Source: a virus
Strand: one strand, 5' to 3'
IMG/VR virus record: IMGVR_UViG_3300029220_000012
Length of the DNA: 45,172 nucleotides
Shown here: one piece after another, positions 42,356 through 45,172 of the stretch
Numbering within the stretch: the first letter of the stretch is position 1
Layout of the letters: each line of letters opens with the position of its first letter
Translations under genes and position numbers: made by a program
Notes under the pieces: model-generated
Seen by the model: the letters and a program-made list of their open reading frames with translations, nothing else
What the model was told of the DNA's origin: nothing
Database searches by the model: none

Positions 42356-42589
42356 ATGGATGTCACTCGTAAGCGAGCGCGTGCGTGGCTGCGTATGTGC
42401 TCACGAATCGAACTTGACCGTGCCATGGAAGAAGCACGGCTTACGGAGCAGCAGCGGGAAGTCATCGAGTTAATGTTTACCCGAGGATTGTCCGTGGTTG
42501 CCATCAAATTACGCTGTAATATGGACGAGAGTACAGTAAAACGTATCCTTGCCCGCTCTTACGACAAAATCTACAATGTCATCATGTAA
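42356..42589 (+). CDS. Small sigma-70 region-4-like HTH regulator
   Basis: AGGAGG 7 nt before ATG 42356. LTEQQREVIELMFTRGLSVVAIKLRCNMDESTVKRILARS. Confidence 0.6.
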   Translation: MDVTRKRARAWLRMCSRIELDRAMEEARLTEQQREVIELMFTRGLSVVAIKLRCNMDESTVKRILARSYDKIYNVIM

Positions 42590-42592
42590 CCT

Positions 42593-42622
42593 GCACCCCA
42601 GTTAACCTGGGGTGCTTTTTTT
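42593..42622 (+). terminator. Intrinsic terminator
   Basis: Stem GCACCCCA/TGGGGTGC with a 7-nt loop, then T7. Confidence 0.85.
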
Positions 42623-42690
42623 ATGCCCTTTTATTGCGCTTTTGCACATCGCTTTTACCTATACAATGTAAACAGAAATGAGGTGAGCTT

Positions 42691-43101
42691 ATGAATTTTG
42701 CAAATATGCCTAACCAGCCGAATCTGCCGCCTATGCCGCAGCTCTTTGGTCAGCCAGCACAGCAGATGGCTCCAGCTGGTGAGATTGTATGGGTGCAGAG
42801 CGTCGACCAGCTCAATGCTTTAACTCTCCCACCTAATGCGTCAAGAATCTACATGAATTCTGCTGAAGCTGAATTTTACATCGTAACTACGGACAAAATC
42901 GGCATGAAATCTGTGGTAGCGTATACGTTTATGGAGAAGCCTAAGCCGCAGCCTGTAGAGTATGTTACCAAGGCGGAGTTTGCAGAGCTTATCGCTCTGC
43001 TGAAAGGAGCGCAAAATGAATCCAATTTACCAAAGGCAGAATCAGCAGCAGCGTCAACCTCAGGCGGGCGACCTGCAGGTCATCAAGCAAAATCTCAATG
43101 A
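42691..43101 (+). CDS. Hypothetical protein with Pro/Gln-rich N-terminus
   Basis: GAGGTG RBS. The 3' end overlaps the next ORF by 86 nt, so the true C-terminus is uncertain. Confidence 0.6.
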   Translation: MNFANMPNQPNLPPMPQLFGQPAQQMAPAGEIVWVQSVDQLNALTLPPNASRIYMNSAEAEFYIVTTDKIGMKSVVAYTFMEKPKPQPVEYVTKAEFAELIALLKGAQNESNLPKAESAAASTSGGRPAGHQAKSQ

Positions 43102-43195
43102 TAAAATGCTGCAACAATTTATAGCCCAAGCTAAGCAGCAGGGAATCTCTGACAATGATATCAATGCTGGCTTGCGAATGCTCGGGTACAAGTAG
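43016..43195 (+). CDS. 59-aa Gln-rich small protein (not in ORF track)
   Basis: AAAGGAG 7 nt before ATG 43016. Clean ORF to TAG 43193-43195. Confidence 0.5.
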   Translation: MNPIYQRQNQQQRQPQAGDLQVIKQNLNDKMLQQFIAQAKQQGISDNDINAGLRMLGYK

Positions 43196-43239
43196 GCATC
43201 ACGCGCGATGTGCATTATTATAATAAGGAGGGATATCTT

Positions 43240-43893
43240 ATGGATATCGGCGAAGCAATGGCGTTGACCAATAGCAACAATAACTGGATGAACAATCCGT
43301 TTATGTATCTTATCTGGTTGGCGTTTTTCGGCGGCGACGGTTTTGGCTTTGGCCGTCGTGGTAATGCCTTGACTCAGTCAGAATTACAGGAAGGTTTCAA
43401 TAATCAGAATGTAATGCGTGCCCTGGAAGGCATTAAAAACGGCGTTTGTGATGGTTTTTACGCTATGAACACAAATTCTCTGCAAGGTCAGAATCAGCTG
43501 CAACGTGATATGTGTCGAGGCTTTGATGCAGTCACTGCTGGTGTTACTAATACTGGCTATCAGCTGGGTAACCAAATCACGGAGAACCGTTTTGCGGCTC
43601 AGCAGTGCTGCTGCGAGACTAATCGCAATATTGACAGCGTTAAAGCCGAGAATTATAAAAACACCTGTGAAATCACTACTGCTATCCACAGCGAAGGTGA
43701 AGCTACTCGTGCTCTTATCACTGCGAACACAATGCAGGAACTTCGTGATAAACTGGCAGACCGTGACCGTGAATTGCAAGCTGAACGCTATCAAGTTAGC
43801 CAGCTCACTCAAAGCGCTACTATCATCGAGGCAGTGCGTCAGCTGTTAGGTCAGCGTGGTTGCGCTGGCTGCCAATATCTGACTGCTGCTTGA
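43240..43893 (+). CDS. Hypothetical Cys-rich protein with hydrophobic Gly/Phe N-terminus and C-terminal coiled coil
   Basis: AAGGAGGG before ATG 43240, so the track start at 43210 is rejected. NNPFMYLIWLAFFGGDGFGFG, QQCCCE, and a helical tail. Confidence 0.7.
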   Translation: MDIGEAMALTNSNNNWMNNPFMYLIWLAFFGGDGFGFGRRGNALTQSELQEGFNNQNVMRALEGIKNGVCDGFYAMNTNSLQGQNQLQRDMCRGFDAVTAGVTNTGYQLGNQITENRFAAQQCCCETNRNIDSVKAENYKNTCEITTAIHSEGEATRALITANTMQELRDKLADRDRELQAERYQVSQLTQSATIIEAVRQLLGQRGCAGCQYLTAA

Positions 43894-43909
43894 TTGGCGG
43901 TGAGAGGTA

Positions 43910-44332
43910 ATGGCTTATCTGAATAGTTATAATCTTGCTAGTCAGGCTCTGGAGGTTGGTAATGTTATTGCACTGGGGGCTAACGACGTGCAGTTTAGTG
44001 GGTGCTGCAATGGTTTGAGCCATGCAGCGGGCACTGGCATTATCAATGTCAAGGCTCCGGGCGTGTACGAAATCAATGCTACGGTGACTGTTACTGCTAC
44101 GGCAGCTGGTGCAATCGGCATACAGCTCTATAATGGTGCTGATGCTGTACCGGGTGCTGCTGCCAGTCAAACTGCTACTGCCGCTGGTGTGGTGACGCTA
44201 CCCATCAGCAAACTGATCCGCGTGCGTCCGTCCTGCGCTGCTGTAGGTAATGCGGCAAATCTCAGTCTGCAGCTGACAGGTGGTGCCGGAACGGTTACCA
44301 GCGTCAATGTAGCAATACATCAAATCGCTTAA
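43910..44332 (+). CDS. Beta-sandwich protein resembling BclA C-terminal / C1q-TNF-like domains
   Basis: Pattern APGVYEINATVTVTATAAGAIGIQLYNGADAVPGAAAS...LSLQLTGG...VNVAIHQI, as remembered from that family. No collagen stalk. Confidence 0.45.
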   Translation: MAYLNSYNLASQALEVGNVIALGANDVQFSGCCNGLSHAAGTGIINVKAPGVYEINATVTVTATAAGAIGIQLYNGADAVPGAAASQTATAAGVVTLPISKLIRVRPSCAAVGNAANLSLQLTGGAGTVTSVNVAIHQIA

Positions 44333-44334
44333 TT

Positions 44335-44378
44335 TTATGCGGTATAGTCTTTAATGATTATACCGCATAATTTTATTT
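44335..44378 (+). terminator. Intrinsic terminator
   Basis: 12-bp stem TTATGCGGTATA/TATACCGCATAA, then TTTTATTT. Confidence 0.75.
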
Positions 44379-44396
44379 AAAATTTAAATTTATGAC

Positions 44397-44425
44397 TTGC
44401 AATAATCAAAAAGTAGAGTTAATAT
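44397..44425 (+). promoter_or_regulatory. Promoter P5 (TTGCAA-17 bp-TAATAT)
   Basis: TTTATGACTTGCAAT upstream and GAGT before the -10. 34 nt upstream of ATG 44459. Confidence 0.55.
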
Positions 44426-44458
44426 ACATATAATGAAGATGAAAGGTGGTTATGAACC

Positions 44459-44707
44459 ATGAAAATTATTGATGTTATGCAACAATGGAATGATGATTGC
44501 AATGATTCTTTTCAAATGCTGGCTGGTGAATATTTTTTTGAACAACTCGAATACGATTGCAGCGAAATTGAAGCTTTGAAAGCTACAAAATCGTATCTGG
44601 AAAAATTCACTGAGGCCGATTTTGCCGAGCTCATCGGTGGAAAAGATGCTTGGCTGGAAGCGCTAAGAACAATAGAAATACTTTTAGGGGGCGAGAACCA
44701 TGACTAA
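44459..44707 (+). CDS. Hypothetical acidic 82-aa protein
   Basis: RBS GAAAGGTGG. First gene of a two-gene unit. Confidence 0.65.
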   Translation: MKIIDVMQQWNDDCNDSFQMLAGEYFFEQLEYDCSEIEALKATKSYLEKFTEADFAELIGGKDAWLEALRTIEILLGGENHD

Positions 44708-44933
44708 ACGTGAAATCGAAACTTTGAAGAAAGGTTATCAAAGAAAATGCATGATAGCAAGAGGACGCAGAAATGCTAATCCTGAAGGTGAAGCTTACGC
44801 TGAGGCTGAATCCGAACGCATCGGCTATCTGCATGCAGCTATGGAACTGATGGAAGTCGGAAAACGTCAAGGCAGCTCCCGCCACATCATCGATGAATGG
44901 GAAAAGGAAATAAGTTTTGACAGCAGATCCTGA
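44700..44933 (+). CDS. Hypothetical 77-aa protein
   Basis: 8-nt overlap with the upstream ORF. A terminator follows. Confidence 0.6.
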   Translation: MTKREIETLKKGYQRKCMIARGRRNANPEGEAYAEAESERIGYLHAAMELMEVGKRQGSSRHIIDEWEKEISFDSRS

Positions 44934-44940
44934 ATCCCTC

Positions 44941-44975
44941 ACCGCTAACTAAAATTTAGTTAGCGGTTTTATTTT
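44941..44975 (+). terminator. Intrinsic terminator
   Basis: 12-bp stem ACCGCTAACTAA/TTAGTTAGCGGT with a 3-nt loop, then TTTTATTTT. Confidence 0.8.
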
Positions 44976-44993
44976 GACCACTTTTTGACTGCT
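44974..44993 (+). promoter_or_regulatory. Two more copies of the TTGAC(C/T)(A/G)CT arm-type motif (44974-44982, 44985-44993)
   Basis: Same 9-mer and orientation as at 129-173, on the other side of the core. Confidence 0.4.
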
Positions 44994-45073
44994 ACATCTA
45001 GACAGATATACAAAGATATAGTAAAATATAGCATAGTGTGAATGTTGTCTACCTGCGTAGACATGCGGAAAAT

Positions 45074-45172
45074 GGGGATTTATGCCTTTTGGGACTGCGG
45101 TCTAAAAATGGTCTTGAAAACTAGCGAAGGTGCAAGCCTTCCGTGGGTTCGAATCCCACCCTTTCCGCCATT
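45074..45172. repeat. Terminal direct repeat, copy 2 (tRNA-Ser-like fragment at 45108-45170)
   Basis: Identical to 1-99. Confidence 0.95.

Noticed and set aside
1-45172. Reverse transcriptase-based elements (retron, DGR), transposases or IS elements, cas genes, restriction endonucleases
   Set aside because: I found no RT (YxDD), DDE or HUH transposase, or Cas-like motifs in any long ORF, and no template/variable repeat pair near the fibre genes. The only enzymes acting on DNA outside replication and packaging are the integrase, the ParB-methylase and the VRR-NUC nuclease.

Overview
The window reads as one complete ~45.07-kb temperate phage genome, either a prophage or a circularly closed contig. 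It has a contractile-tail (myovirus-type) virion module. It is closed by an exact 99-bp direct repeat (1-99 = 45074-45172). That repeat carries the 3' ~63 nt of a tRNA-Ser(UGA)-like gene next to a tyrosine integrase.

Gene order:
- Lysogeny end: att core, a small gene, int (-), an AT-rich secreted moron (-), a CI-like repressor (-), then divergently a Cro-like protein, an Xis-like HTH protein, a LysM protein and a small Zn-ribbon protein.
- Recombination/replication block: Gp157-like protein, Sak4-like ATPase, SSB, Toprim plus P-loop primase-helicase, an iteron/AT-rich origin, a DEAH helicase and a VRR-NUC nuclease.
- A sigma-region-4-like regulator and several small proteins.
- An orphan promoter / structured RNA / terminator unit, followed by a stand-alone C3/VIP2-like ADP-ribosyltransferase cassette.
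- ParB-domain DNA methylase, TerS, TerL, portal, an inserted moron, MuF-like head protein, scaffold, capsid and connectors.
- Tail: sheath and tube, a chaperone pair with a -1 frameshift site, a tape measure with a lysozyme-like domain, a baseplate with Gp138-like spike and PAAR tip, and collar-domain and collagen-repeat fibres.
- Lysis: holin, M15 endolysin and two co-extensive overlapping spanin-like ORFs.
- A terminator-bracketed accessory arm before the right repeat.

Nearly all genes are on the + strand and tightly coupled through ATGA/TAATG overlaps. That coupling exposes several ORFs shorter than 60 aa that are missing from the ORF track.

Most unusual observations:
- Six copies of one promoter design (ATGAC-TTGNAN-17 bp-GAGT-TAAYAT), each heading an AT-rich insert.
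- A promoter-driven ~130-nt structured RNA with a terminator, placed in front of the ADP-ribosyltransferase.
- A right-arm cassette of unknown function.

All functional names come from motifs recognised by eye, not from database searches.
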